Source: a virus. From it: a DNA stretch of 64,000 bases. Below are positions 48,185 through 58,043 of this stretch, piece by piece; position 1 is the stretch's first letter; every line of letters starts with the position of its first letter. Under the pieces are notes generated by a model. It was not told the DNA's origin, searched no databases, and was given only the letters and a program-made list of their open reading frames with translations. A program made the position numbers and the translations under genes. The stretch lies in the IMG/VR virus record IMGVR_UViG_3300035704_000393, positions 1 to 64,000 of that record; one strand, written 5' to 3'.

Positions 48185-48655
48185 ATGGCGCGAGTCCAGG
48201 TGTACTGGGACGACGCCGCGATCAAGCTCGCCACCGCCCAGCCCGGCGGCCCCGTCGACCGGGCCATGTCCCGGCTGGCCGACGAGGCGATGGCCGTCAT
48301 GAAGCAGCTCGCCCCCGTCTACGCCGGCCCCGAACGCGGACCCCGGCCCGGCCACCCGCGGCAGCGAGCCCGCCGCTCCGGCACCCTCCGCGCCTCGATC
48401 CGCAAATTCAGGCAGCAGGACGGCTCCTACCTGATCGGCCCCACCGACCAGGTGGCCCCCGGCACGTTCCTGGGCGCCCTGATCGAGCACGGCACCCCGC
48501 CGCACTACATCCGGTCGACCGGCCGGTGGCCCCTGTACAACGCCGCGACCGGCCGGGCGTTCGGCCGCCTGGTCCGCCACCCCGGCACCCGCCCGCACCC
48601 CTTCATCAAGCCCGCGGCCCGCTCCCTGAACGGCCGCACCATCCACATCAGCTGA
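48185..48655 (+). CDS. HK97 gp10-like head-tail/tail completion protein
   Basis: APV...SGTLRASI...IEHGTPPHYI...VRHPGTRPHPFI.PA. Confidence 0.8.
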   Translation: MARVQVYWDDAAIKLATAQPGGPVDRAMSRLADEAMAVMKQLAPVYAGPERGPRPGHPRQRARRSGTLRASIRKFRQQDGSYLIGPTDQVAPGTFLGALIEHGTPPHYIRSTGRWPLYNAATGRAFGRLVRHPGTRPHPFIKPAARSLNGRTIHIS

Positions 48656-48719
48656 CCAGCCCCCTGCCCCCTCCCGCCCAGCACCGTCATGCTCACCGCG
48701 CACCCCTGGAGGCCCGGCC

Positions 48720-50570
48720 ATGCCCGCAGCCAACCCCGACATGACCCGCCGCAACCTGCTCCGCCTCGGCCTCGGCGCCGCCGGCACCGTCGTCCTGCTC
48801 CGCGGCGGCGGACGCGCCCTCGCCGGACCCGCCTCGGCCGCCGTCGGCGCCACCCCCGTCCCCGGCCAGGACGGCGACCTGGCCATGTTCGGCCGCATGT
48901 TCCCCAAGCTCAAGCCCTTCACCCCGGACACCAGCCTGCCCGCCGCCCTGTCCGACCTGGCCGCCCTGTCCGACGCCATGCTCCAGCCCGGCGGCCGGTT
49001 CGACACCACCCACGGCGCCGCCTACACCTACCTCGGCCAGTTCATCGACCACGACATCACCCTCGACCTCCAGCCCCAGCCGTCCGCGTTCTTCTCCTTC
49101 GCCCAGCCCAACGCCCGGTCCCCGCTGCTCGACCCCGGCGGCAACGTCGTGTTCGACTTCGAGTCCAAGAAGCTGAACCTCTCGCAGATATACGGCGGCG
49201 GGCCGGGGATCTCCCCGCAGCTGTACGCCGCCGACGGGCTCCACTTCCTGATCCCGAAGAACGTCAACGGCGTGGTCGACCTGCCCCGCCGCGCCGACGG
49301 CAGCGCCATCCTCGTGGAAACGCGGAACGACGAGAACCAGATCCTGAGCCAGCTTCACGTGGCCATGCTCAGCTTCCACAACAACCTGGTCGACGCGCTC
49401 GGCATCCGCAACTTCACCCGGGCGATGAACACGGTGATCAAGTACTACCAGTGGGTCATCCTGCACGACTTCCTGCCGCTGTTCTGCGGCCAGGCCACCG
49501 TCGACGCGCTGCTGGCAGGGAAGGGCAAGGTCTACGACCCCGGCGCCGAGGTGCGCAAGCCGATCATGCCGGTCGAGTTCTCCACCGCCGCCTACCGGTT
49601 CGGTCACTCGATCATCAGGAACGCCTACTCGATGAACCCGGTCATCTCGCCGAACAACCGCAACGCCCGCAACACCCTGTTCGCCGGCGTCGGCGGCGCC
49701 ACCGGCCCGGCCGGCGGGACCGGCACCGCGCTGACTCCCGTCGGGGACCTGCACGGCGGCTACCCCTTGACGCTCGACCACCAGATCGACTGGCGGAACT
49801 TCCACGAGGACCTGTTCGACCCGGCCGTGCCCGGCGCGTCCCTCCAGGTCCTCAAGCAGCCCGGCGCCGACGGGCTCGGCATGATCGGCCAGTCCATGTT
49901 CGGCCAGCCCCCCGGCGCCCCCGCCGTCGGCAACGGCGCCGGCATGCCGATCGGCGGCCCCGCCGGGGTCCAGCCGGCCGGCTCCAACTCCGTCCAGTAC
50001 CGGGACTTCGTGCGCGGCCACTTCTACCTGCTGCCCTCCGGGCAGGACGTCGCCGCCGCCTACGGCCTGACCCCCATCCCGCCCGGCACCGCGATCCCCG
50101 CCTCGATCCCCGGCTTCGGCCAGGGCACCCCGCTGTTCTTCTACGTCCTCTACGAGGCATTCGTGCAGAACCAGGGCTCGCCCTCGGCCGACAACTTCGA
50201 CAACACCGGGACGAACGCCGACTTCACCAACGTGCTGCTGGGTCCGGTCGGCGCCCGGATCGTCGCGGACGTGCTGCTGCGGCTGATGAAGATCAACGCC
50301 AACGGCGTGTTCTCCGGCGGGTTCTCACCGGCCCCGCCGATCGCCCCGGCCCCCGGCCAGTTCGGCCTCGCCGACCTGCTCCGGTTCGCCGGCGTGGTCC
50401 CGTCCGGCGCCAGCCCGGCGCCCGCGCTCGGCCAGAACGCCGGCCCGCAGCCCAGCACCGCCAGCCCGAGCCCCAGCGCGACCAGCCCCGGCCCGGCCGC
50501 CACGACCCCGAGCCCGTCCCCCAGCCCGAGCGTGACCGGGACGCCGAGCCCGTCACCGACCGGCACCTGA
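48720..50570 (+). CDS. Tat-exported animal-type (peroxidase-cyclooxygenase superfamily) heme peroxidase
   Basis: TRRNLL Tat signal plus hydrophobic stretch; YLGQFIDHDIT (distal His), RNDEN, EFSTAAYRFGHS (proximal His), PL..Y.L.EA, LGPVGARIVA; Pro/Ser/Thr tail. Confidence 0.85.
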   Translation: MPAANPDMTRRNLLRLGLGAAGTVVLLRGGGRALAGPASAAVGATPVPGQDGDLAMFGRMFPKLKPFTPDTSLPAALSDLAALSDAMLQPGGRFDTTHGAAYTYLGQFIDHDITLDLQPQPSAFFSFAQPNARSPLLDPGGNVVFDFESKKLNLSQIYGGGPGISPQLYAADGLHFLIPKNVNGVVDLPRRADGSAILVETRNDENQILSQLHVAMLSFHNNLVDALGIRNFTRAMNTVIKYYQWVILHDFLPLFCGQATVDALLAGKGKVYDPGAEVRKPIMPVEFSTAAYRFGHSIIRNAYSMNPVISPNNRNARNTLFAGVGGATGPAGGTGTALTPVGDLHGGYPLTLDHQIDWRNFHEDLFDPAVPGASLQVLKQPGADGLGMIGQSMFGQPPGAPAVGNGAGMPIGGPAGVQPAGSNSVQYRDFVRGHFYLLPSGQDVAAAYGLTPIPPGTAIPASIPGFGQGTPLFFYVLYEAFVQNQGSPSADNFDNTGTNADFTNVLLGPVGARIVADVLLRLMKINANGVFSGGFSPAPPIAPAPGQFGLADLLRFAGVVPSGASPAPALGQNAGPQPSTASPSPSATSPGPAATTPSPSPSPSVTGTPSPSPTGT

Positions 50571-50589
50571 CCCGGAAGGTGGTGCGGCC

Positions 50590-51027
50590 GTGGCCGTCTC
50601 CGCGTCGACCGCGATCCGCGACTGGATCAACGCCCGGCCCGGCCTGACCGGTAAAGGGAACCCGCTGGCCCGCGGTGCCTACCTCGACGGCGAGGCCATC
50701 CGGTCTCCCGCCCACGGCGCCTACGCCCTGATCGTCCGGGACCCCGGCGTCAGCGCCACGGCCACCGCCGAGGACTACGCCGTGTCCCTGGCCCGGATCA
50801 CCGCGCACGTCAAGGCCGGCACCATCCAGTCCGCCGAAACCGCCGCGGGTGCCCTGTGCGACGCCTTCCAGGCGCTCACCGGCTGCCCCGAGCCGTGCGG
50901 CGACACCGGCGTCATGGTCCTGGTCGCCGACAACTTCGCCGAGCCCGGCTACGTCCCGATGCCCGGCACCGGCGGCGAGCAGCACGAGTTCACCTGCGGA
51001 GCAACCTTCATGCTCACCGCCCGATAA
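50590..51027 (+). CDS. Tail terminator
   Basis: Synteny before tail tube; ~145 aa. Confidence 0.65.
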   Translation: MAVSASTAIRDWINARPGLTGKGNPLARGAYLDGEAIRSPAHGAYALIVRDPGVSATATAEDYAVSLARITAHVKAGTIQSAETAAGALCDAFQALTGCPEPCGDTGVMVLVADNFAEPGYVPMPGTGGEQHEFTCGATFMLTAR

Positions 51028-51063
51028 GCCGCGCGCCCAACCATCCAGGGAGGCCCACCGCCT

Positions 51064-51399
51064 ATGGCTGCACGCACCCCGGACGTGGTGACCCGGGCCG
51101 GGGCCACGCCCACCGTCATCAGTCCCCCGACGAACGGGGACACGTTCCCGGCCGGCCCGAGCACCTATCTCCGGCTCACCACCACCGGCACCGTCGTCAC
51201 GGTGACCATCACGCCACCCGCCGCCGGCGGCCCGCTGGGCCTGAGCGTCTCCGCGTACACGTTCACGATGCCCGCCACCGGGACCAGGGAGATCGGGCCG
51301 TTCCCCGCCTACCCATTCGCCGACCAGAACGGAAACGTCACCATGACCTTCTCGGTCACCACCGGGCTGTCCCTCGAAGTCAAGAACTACGCGGGGTGA
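51064..51399 (+). CDS. Small tail-associated structural protein
   Basis: GGGAGG RBS; NGD.F...T.T.PATG...IGPFP...F...G.V pattern. Confidence 0.6.
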   Translation: MAARTPDVVTRAGATPTVISPPTNGDTFPAGPSTYLRLTTTGTVVTVTITPPAAGGPLGLSVSAYTFTMPATGTREIGPFPAYPFADQNGNVTMTFSVTTGLSLEVKNYAG

Positions 51400-51404
51400 C
51401 CGTG

Positions 51405-51836
51405 ATGGCACAGTCACGCCAGGCCCAGGGCAAGGCCAACCCGGACGCCCCCGACGTCGACGCCGAGCAGGCCGAAGCCGGCCCGCCCGCCGACCATGCC
51501 GCTGACCCCGAACCCGAACCCGCCGCCGCGCCCGAGCCCGGCGGCGACACGACCGCAGGGCCGGTCACCGCGCAGGGCGGCCAGGTGCGCGGCGGGCGCC
51601 TCGCCGACCTCGCCCAGCCGTCCGCGATGCCCGAGGGCGTGCCCTACGCGATCGCCCGCGAGCCGCTGTTCATCGTCAACCCCGAGGCCGCGGCGGCCCC
51701 GGTGCGGGCCTTCAACGCCGGCGACCGGGTGCCCGCCGAACTGGTCGAGAAGTTCGGCTGGCATTCGCTGACCGACCTACCCGAGTGGGCAACCGCGCCG
51801 CCCGCTCCCGCACCTGACAGCGAGGGAGCAGAATAA
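51405..51836 (+). CDS. Hypothetical acidic protein
   Basis: Coupled to upstream gene; C-terminal YAIAREPLF...RAFNAGDRVP. Confidence 0.6.
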   Translation: MAQSRQAQGKANPDAPDVDAEQAEAGPPADHAADPEPEPAAAPEPGGDTTAGPVTAQGGQVRGGRLADLAQPSAMPEGVPYAIAREPLFIVNPEAAAAPVRAFNAGDRVPAELVEKFGWHSLTDLPEWATAPPAPAPDSEGAE

Positions 51837-51839
51837 CCA

Positions 51840-52397
51840 ATGGCACGCGGTAATGCGTCAGCTCTCGGCCTCGGCCCGGGCTATTTGTATTTCGCACCCC
51901 TGGGCACATCCGAGCCCGTCGACCTGACAACCCCGTGGGCGACAGTTTCCGCTTCCTGGGTTGCGGTCGGATATACGGAAGACGGCTCGGAGCTGTCCTA
52001 CAACCCGTCCACTTCGCCGGTGGACGTGGCCGAGGAACTGGACCACCTCCAGGTCGTGACCACCGGCCGGGACTCGTCCGTGCAGTTCTCCATGTCGCAG
52101 ATCACCAACACGAACATGAAGCTCGCATTCAATGGCGGGGTGATCACGGCGGGCACCGGAATTGTCACATTCGAGCCGCCGGACCTGGGCACGGAAGTGC
52201 GGACAATGCTCGGCTTTGAAAGCGAGGACCACACCGAGAGGTGGGTTTACCGGCAGGCATACCAGACCGGGACAATTACCCTTGCCAGGCGCAAGGGCGC
52301 GACGAATGCGACGATCGCCGCGCAATTCTCCCTGGAAAAGCCGGCGACCGGCTCGCGGCTATTCAAGGCGATATTCCAGACGCCGCTGAGGACCTGA
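51840..52397 (+). CDS. Major tail (tube) protein
   Basis: GPG.LYFAPLGT.EP...W...GYTEDG siphovirus tube motif. Confidence 0.85.
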   Translation: MARGNASALGLGPGYLYFAPLGTSEPVDLTTPWATVSASWVAVGYTEDGSELSYNPSTSPVDVAEELDHLQVVTTGRDSSVQFSMSQITNTNMKLAFNGGVITAGTGIVTFEPPDLGTEVRTMLGFESEDHTERWVYRQAYQTGTITLARRKGATNATIAAQFSLEKPATGSRLFKAIFQTPLRT

Positions 52398-52422
52398 CCT
52401 GGCCGCTCCGCCGTGACCTGCC

Positions 52423-52566
52423 GTGCCTGCCGTCTACTTCTGCTGGGTCTGCGGCCAGCTCTGGGACCGGTCCCTGGGCGCCATGCCGCACTACGAGACC
52501 GGCCGGCCCGTGCACTTCTGCTCCCGCGCGCACCGCGACGAGTACGAGTGGCTCGCCAGCCAGTAA
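52423..52566 (+). CDS. Tiny YHS/TRASH-like metal-binding protein (47 aa)
   Basis: VPAVYFCWVCG...GRPVHFCSRAHRDEY; below ORF-track cutoff. Confidence 0.45.
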   Translation: MPAVYFCWVCGQLWDRSLGAMPHYETGRPVHFCSRAHRDEYEWLASQ

Positions 52567-52600
52567 CCCCCCGAAACCAGGAAAGAGGCATACCCGCGCC

Positions 52601-53616
52601 ATGCCCAAGAGCTACACCAGCAACGCCGCTCCCGACGGTGACCCGGCCCTCATCTCCACCGAGGGCGTCAGCTTCGACCTGGACGGCGTGACCTTCACCC
52701 TGCACGGCGAGATGGACGAGAACGACCTGGTGGACCTGGCCGTGCCGCTGATGGACGCCCAGGAGGGGTTCCTCGACCCGGAGGCCCTCGCCGCGGTCGG
52801 CAGATTCTACAAGCTGATCATGGGCGACGAGACGTACCGGGCGTTCCAGGCCCACCGGCGCCGCCACCGCACCCCGCCGCCGGTCATCGCCGAGATCATG
52901 ATGGACCTGCTCCAGGAGATCACCGCCCGCCCCCCGGTCAGGTCCTCGCCCTCGTCGGCTGGGCCGGCGAGAACCGGGGACTCGTCGCCGGCCGGCTCAC
53001 CCTCGCCCGTCTTGCCGGCTACCAGGCCGCTGATGGGCGCCCAGGAGATCATGGCGGAGCTGGCCGCACAGCAGCCCCCGGTGCGGGCAGCGAGGTCCCC
53101 GGCCGGGCCGGCGCTGGACCCGGAGGGCATCATCCCGCCGGACTGGGCGGACGACGTGGACGTGGTGCTGGCACCGCCGCCCGCCCAGGTCCCGGCGGCG
53201 ATGGTACGGCCCGACGCCGCAGCGGGGACGCACCGGACGATCAACCTTGGCCGGCCCGGCCCGCCGGCGGTCCGCCCGCTGACCCCGGACGAGCAGGCCC
53301 GGCTGGCCGCGGCCAGCTGAGCGCCCGCGCCTGGCTCGACTGCGTGTACTGCATCTGGCTGGACGAGACCCGGGCACGCGCCGCCCTCCAGCTCGCCCAC
53401 GCCACGTGGGCGCAAGCCGCGTCCGCGGCCGGCGCTAAGTCTCACGAGATCGGCGACTGGGACGACCCGGCCGACGTCCTGGACGACATCGAGGACACCG
53501 CCGGGACCGGCCGCGCAGCCGACCCGGCCGCCCGCGCCGAGCAGATCCGCGCGTTCCTGGCCACCGCCGGCCAGGCCGCTGACGCCACCATGACCGCACC
53601 CCGGAGGGAGGGCTAA
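52601..53616 (+). CDS. Tail assembly chaperone pair (52601-53320, with probable -1 frameshift product to 53616)
   Basis: Between tube and tape measure; C-run at 52930-52935; -1 frame open through VLALVGWAGENRGLVAGRL...LSARAWLDCVY to 53616. Confidence 0.7.
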
Positions 53617-53619
53617 CGC

Positions 53620-56600
53620 GTGCCACCGCCGGCGGACGGCTGGGCCAGGGCCATGATGGAGCTGGTCCTGCACGTCAACAAGGACCAGGCCCAGCGCGAC
53701 ATCAACAGCCTCGACGGCGGGCCGGCTGGCCGCAAGACCGGGCAGCAGTTCGGGCAGTCGTTCAGCCGCGAGCAGCTGACCCGGATGAACGCCGGCATGG
53801 ACCGGTTCGGCAGCGACGCGGCCCGGTCATCCGACCGCGCCGGGCAGCAGTCCGGCCGCAGCTTCGGGTCCGCCTTCAGCGCGCTCACCCGCGGCGTCCT
53901 CACCTCGTTCTTCACCCGGGACGCCGCCGAGGGGATACGCGCCGCCGAGCGGTCCGGCGACGACACCGGCACCCACTTCGCGTCCGCGTTCGGGCAGCTC
54001 ACCAAGGGCATCGTCAGCTCGTTCTTCACCGGCGCGGCGGCCAGCGTGGCGGCCCGCCACGCAGCCGACTCGGGCAGCAGCTCCGGCCGCGGCTGGGGCG
54101 CGGCGTTCAGCCGCGACGCGACCTCCGCGGTCAGCGGCTTCCACAACCGGATGAAAGCCGACTCCGCCCGGGCCGGCACCGACGCGGGCACCGAAGCCGG
54201 CCGCGGGTTCGGCGCCGCGTTCCTCAACCTCACCCGCGGCCTGCTCGGCCGCGCCGACCTCGGCCGCGTCAACCTGACCGGCGCCGGCGGCGGGGAACGC
54301 GGCCTGCTCGGCGGCATCGGCCCTGGCATCCTGGGCCTGTCCACCCGGACCGCCGGGATCGTCGGCCTCGGCGGCGCCGCGCTCGGCGCGGTCCCCGCCC
54401 TGGCCGCCGGCGGGCTCGGCGCGGGCGTCGCCGCCGGCGGAGCCGGCGCCCTGGCCGCCGGGTTCGGCATCGTCCAGTCCCAGGTCACCGACGCGATGAA
54501 GGCCCGGACCCAGGCCCAGCAGGCCGTCAAGAGCGCGACCACCCCCGCGCAGCAGCAAGCCGCCCAGGCCAAGCTCACCCAGGCCAACGCCCAGATCAGG
54601 CAGCTCTCCCCCGCGCTCCAGTCCATCATCGCGTCCGAGACCAAGATCCAGGACACGTGGGAAAAGTTCGCCAAGGGCCTGGCCCCGCTGGTCGCCGGCC
54701 CGCTCGCGCAGGTCGCCCGGCTGTTCACCTCCCTGACCCCCGTCCTGCACCAGTTCTTCGCCGCCGCGGCCACCCTGGCCCAGCCGCTGATCGGCGGCCT
54801 CGCGAACCTCGCCCGGCAGGTGCTGCCGCTGCTCGGCGACGCGTTCCGCGCCGCCGCGCCGCTGCTGCGCCCGGTCCTGGACGGGCTGACCGGGATCATC
54901 ACCGGGCTGCTGCCCGGCCTGATCGCCCTGCTGCACGCGGCCGGGCCGGCGGTGGAGGCGCTGTTCGGCGGGCTGGCCCGGCTGGGCACCAGCCTGGGCG
55001 ACATGTTCGCCCTGTTCACGCCCGTGGTCACGGCGTCCGCCCAGATCCTCGGCTCGCTATTCAGCGTGATCAACTCGCTACTGCCTGTCATCGCGCAGCT
55101 CGCTGGCGTTTTCGCCGTCGCGCTGGCCCCGGTATTCTCCCAGTTCGCCGGGATCGTCGTCTCCCTGCTGCCGTTCCTGGTCACCCTCGGCCGGATCGTC
55201 GCCTCCCTGGCGGGCGCCATCCTCGGCGACCTGGTAGCCGCCTTCGGCGCCGTCGCCGCCCTGTTCCGCACCATAGGTCCCGCCCTTAACACCTTCGCCA
55301 AGGCCATCTCCGGTGTCTTCACCGTGCTGGAAAACTCGGGTGTCTTCGCGGTCCTCGGCGATGCCGTCGAGCAGCTGGCCAAGCCGCTGGGCGCCCTGAT
55401 CGTCGCGCTGGTCCGCGGGCTCACCCCGATCATCCCGCCCATCGTCGGCCTGATCGCCCGGCTGGCCGCCATTTTGACCGCCGGCCTGGCCAAGGCCATC
55501 GCCGCGCTGCTGCCGCCGCTGACCCTGCTGGTCAATAACGTCCTGGCCGCCCTCATCCCTCTCCTGCCAGTCGTCATCCCGCTGCTGACCGTGTTCACGC
55601 AGATTTTCACGCTCGTCCTCGTCCGGGTCATCACCGACCTGGCCAAGGCCCTCAACGAGGTCTTCAACGTCGTCCTCACCCCCGGCGTGCTCCGCGCCGT
55701 CGCCGTCGGCATCACCGCGATCTGGCTGGCCTTCAAGCTGTTCGGCCTGTACAGCCTGGTCACCAACCCGATCGGCCTGATCATCGTCGCGATCGGCCTG
55801 CTCGTCGTCGGCATCGTAGAACTCGCCACCCACTGGCACCAGGTGTGGACGGCGATCACGGCGGCAGCCCAGGCCACCGGCCGGTTCTTCACCAGCCTGT
55901 ACCGCAACCAGATCGTCCAGGACATCCTCGCCGTCTGGTCCCTCGGCCTGATCCCCCTGGCCCAGCACTGGACCCAGGTCTGGGCCGCCATCTCCAGGAC
56001 GGCCGTCGCCACCTGGCACGCCATCTACGGGGCTGTCCTGGCCCCGCTGATCAGCTGGTTCACGGTCTCCCTGCCGCACGGCCTCGGAGTGGCCACCAAC
56101 CACGTGCACCAGTGGTGGTCCGACGTCGCCAACGCGTTCTCCGGCGGCTACCACACCGTGTTCAACAACACGCTGGCCCCGTTCATCCGGTTCTTCACCA
56201 CCACCATCCCGCAGATTTTCGCCTCGTCGCTAGCCGGAGCCCGGCAGTGGTGGGCCAACATCGGCGGCGCCTTCCGCTCCGGGTGGAACGCGGTATGGAA
56301 CAACGTCATCGTCCCGATGCGCAACCTGTTCACCCGGGACCTGCCCAGCTGGTTCTCCACTGCGGTCTCCGCGGTCGGCCGGTTCTGGTCCAACATCTAT
56401 AACTCGATCCGCGGGCCGGTCGTCCGGGTGGTCGACACCGTGCTCAACGGCATCATCAGCGTCTTCGACTGGATCACCAGCCACGTCGGCCTCGGGAAGC
56501 CGATCAAGCCCATCCACCCGTTCGGCCTCGCCGCCGGCGGCAAGGTCGGCAAGGTCCTGTCCGGCACCGGCCCGACCGCCGACGACGTGATCGTCCGGGT

Positions 56601-58002
56601 CTCCCGGGATGAGACCGTCGTGTCCGCAGCGGACTCGGCGGTGCTGGCCCCGGCGTTCGCCGCGCTCGGCATCCCCGGCTACCAGGCTGGCGGGAAGGTC
56701 GGGCAGAACCCGCCGGTCTCGGCGGCGCAGGCGCGCTTCGGTCCCAGCGTCAACGCCGGCGGGCCAGCGCTCGGCCCGCTGTCCGGGATACTCCACAAGG
56801 CCGCCGACGTCGTGAAGATCACCGCGGCGTTCGCCACCCAGAACGCCAAGGCGCTCAGCAACGCGTTCTCCGACCTGCTCGGCGTCGGCTCCGGCGCGAC
56901 CGGGGTCCTCGGGCAGATCCTCACCGCCGTCCCCAAGACACTGGTCAAGGACCTGGTGGGCTGGCTGATCGGCCAGGGCGGCGCGTCCGGCTCCGCGATC
57001 GCCGACTACGCCATGACCTTCCTCGGGAAGATCCCGTACACCTGGGGCGGCGCGACCCTCACAGCCGCCGACTGCTCCGGATTCGTCCAGGCGATCTACA
57101 AGCACTTCGGTATCCAGGCGCCCCGCACGTCCGAGGAACAGGGCGCGTGGGTCAAACGGACCGGCCCGCAGCCCGGTGGCCTGGCCTTTTACCACTCGCC
57201 GCCGGGTGGAGCCGACCCGGGACATGTTGCTATTGTGCGTAATGCGCTCCAGGTGATCAGCCAGGGCGGCGGCATGGGGCCGCAGCTGATGAACATCCAC
57301 GCGATGCCGCTGCTGTGGACCGGCATCCCGCCGGGCGGGCTCGGCGCGGCGAACAAGGGCGGCCTCTACCTCGGCCCGGGCGGCTCCTACCAGAACGATA
57401 TCCAGACCGTGCTCCGGTCGCTGGGCCTGCCGCTGACGCTGACCCGCAACTGGCTCCAGCAGATCCAGACAGAATCAGGCGGGTCGCTCACCGCGGTGAA
57501 CAGGACCGACGCGAACGCCCGGGCCGGCCATCCCAGCGTCGGACTGCTTCAGCTAGTACCTTCGACTTTTGCCGCCTACGCTGGGCCTTACCGCAACGCC
57601 CAGCCGCTCGTGAACTACGGCGGCGGCCCGGTCTCCCTCAACGCGATGGCCCAGATTTACGCCGCGATCCACTACGCCAACGCGGTCTACCACGGCGCCG
57701 CGATGGACCAGATCATCGGCCACGGCCACGGCTACGCCAACGGCGGCTGGGTCAACGAGCCCGTCACCGGCGTCGGCAAGTACTCCCGGGCGCTGTACCA
57801 CTTCGCCGAGTCCGGCCCCGAGTACGTCATGCCCGAAGGCCAGGTCCGCGGCGGCGACGGCACCGCGGCGCTGGCCGGCCGCCTCGACCGGGTGATCGCC
57901 CTGCTCGACGCCGCCCCCGCCCGGACCAGCGCCGGCGTCGCGCAGGCCGTGACCGCGCCGCAGCGGACCCTGGCCACCGCCGCCCGGATCGGCGCCCGGT
58001 GA
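53620..58002 (+). CDS. Tape measure protein with C-terminal NlpC/P60 peptidase and lytic transglycosylase domains
   Basis: Long amphipathic and Trp-spaced repeats; PYTWGG...DCSGFV...PRTS...GHVAI; QTESGG...SVGLLQ...AAIHY. Confidence 0.9.
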   Translation: MPPPADGWARAMMELVLHVNKDQAQRDINSLDGGPAGRKTGQQFGQSFSREQLTRMNAGMDRFGSDAARSSDRAGQQSGRSFGSAFSALTRGVLTSFFTRDAAEGIRAAERSGDDTGTHFASAFGQLTKGIVSSFFTGAAASVAARHAADSGSSSGRGWGAAFSRDATSAVSGFHNRMKADSARAGTDAGTEAGRGFGAAFLNLTRGLLGRADLGRVNLTGAGGGERGLLGGIGPGILGLSTRTAGIVGLGGAALGAVPALAAGGLGAGVAAGGAGALAAGFGIVQSQVTDAMKARTQAQQAVKSATTPAQQQAAQAKLTQANAQIRQLSPALQSIIASETKIQDTWEKFAKGLAPLVAGPLAQVARLFTSLTPVLHQFFAAAATLAQPLIGGLANLARQVLPLLGDAFRAAAPLLRPVLDGLTGIITGLLPGLIALLHAAGPAVEALFGGLARLGTSLGDMFALFTPVVTASAQILGSLFSVINSLLPVIAQLAGVFAVALAPVFSQFAGIVVSLLPFLVTLGRIVASLAGAILGDLVAAFGAVAALFRTIGPALNTFAKAISGVFTVLENSGVFAVLGDAVEQLAKPLGALIVALVRGLTPIIPPIVGLIARLAAILTAGLAKAIAALLPPLTLLVNNVLAALIPLLPVVIPLLTVFTQIFTLVLVRVITDLAKALNEVFNVVLTPGVLRAVAVGITAIWLAFKLFGLYSLVTNPIGLIIVAIGLLVVGIVELATHWHQVWTAITAAAQATGRFFTSLYRNQIVQDILAVWSLGLIPLAQHWTQVWAAISRTAVATWHAIYGAVLAPLISWFTVSLPHGLGVATNHVHQWWSDVANAFSGGYHTVFNNTLAPFIRFFTTTIPQIFASSLAGARQWWANIGGAFRSGWNAVWNNVIVPMRNLFTRDLPSWFSTAVSAVGRFWSNIYNSIRGPVVRVVDTVLNGIISVFDWITSHVGLGKPIKPIHPFGLAAGGKVGKVLSGTGPTADDVIVRVSRDETVVSAADSAVLAPAFAALGIPGYQAGGKVGQNPPVSAAQARFGPSVNAGGPALGPLSGILHKAADVVKITAAFATQNAKALSNAFSDLLGVGSGATGVLGQILTAVPKTLVKDLVGWLIGQGGASGSAIADYAMTFLGKIPYTWGGATLTAADCSGFVQAIYKHFGIQAPRTSEEQGAWVKRTGPQPGGLAFYHSPPGGADPGHVAIVRNALQVISQGGGMGPQLMNIHAMPLLWTGIPPGGLGAANKGGLYLGPGGSYQNDIQTVLRSLGLPLTLTRNWLQQIQTESGGSLTAVNRTDANARAGHPSVGLLQLVPSTFAAYAGPYRNAQPLVNYGGGPVSLNAMAQIYAAIHYANAVYHGAAMDQIIGHGHGYANGGWVNEPVTGVGKYSRALYHFAESGPEYVMPEGQVRGGDGTAALAGRLDRVIALLDAAPARTSAGVAQAVTAPQRTLATAARIGAR

Positions 58003-58043
58003 GCCGAGATCGCCCTTTGACCTGACCGGGAGGTAGCGCTGCC

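Noticed and set aside
53613-56024. 803-aa minus-strand ORF and many similar long antisense or alternate-frame ORFs (e.g. 39542-41632, 61728-63656, 48689-50647)
   Set aside because: Shadow ORFs caused by high GC3 over well-supported genes; no motifs or RBS
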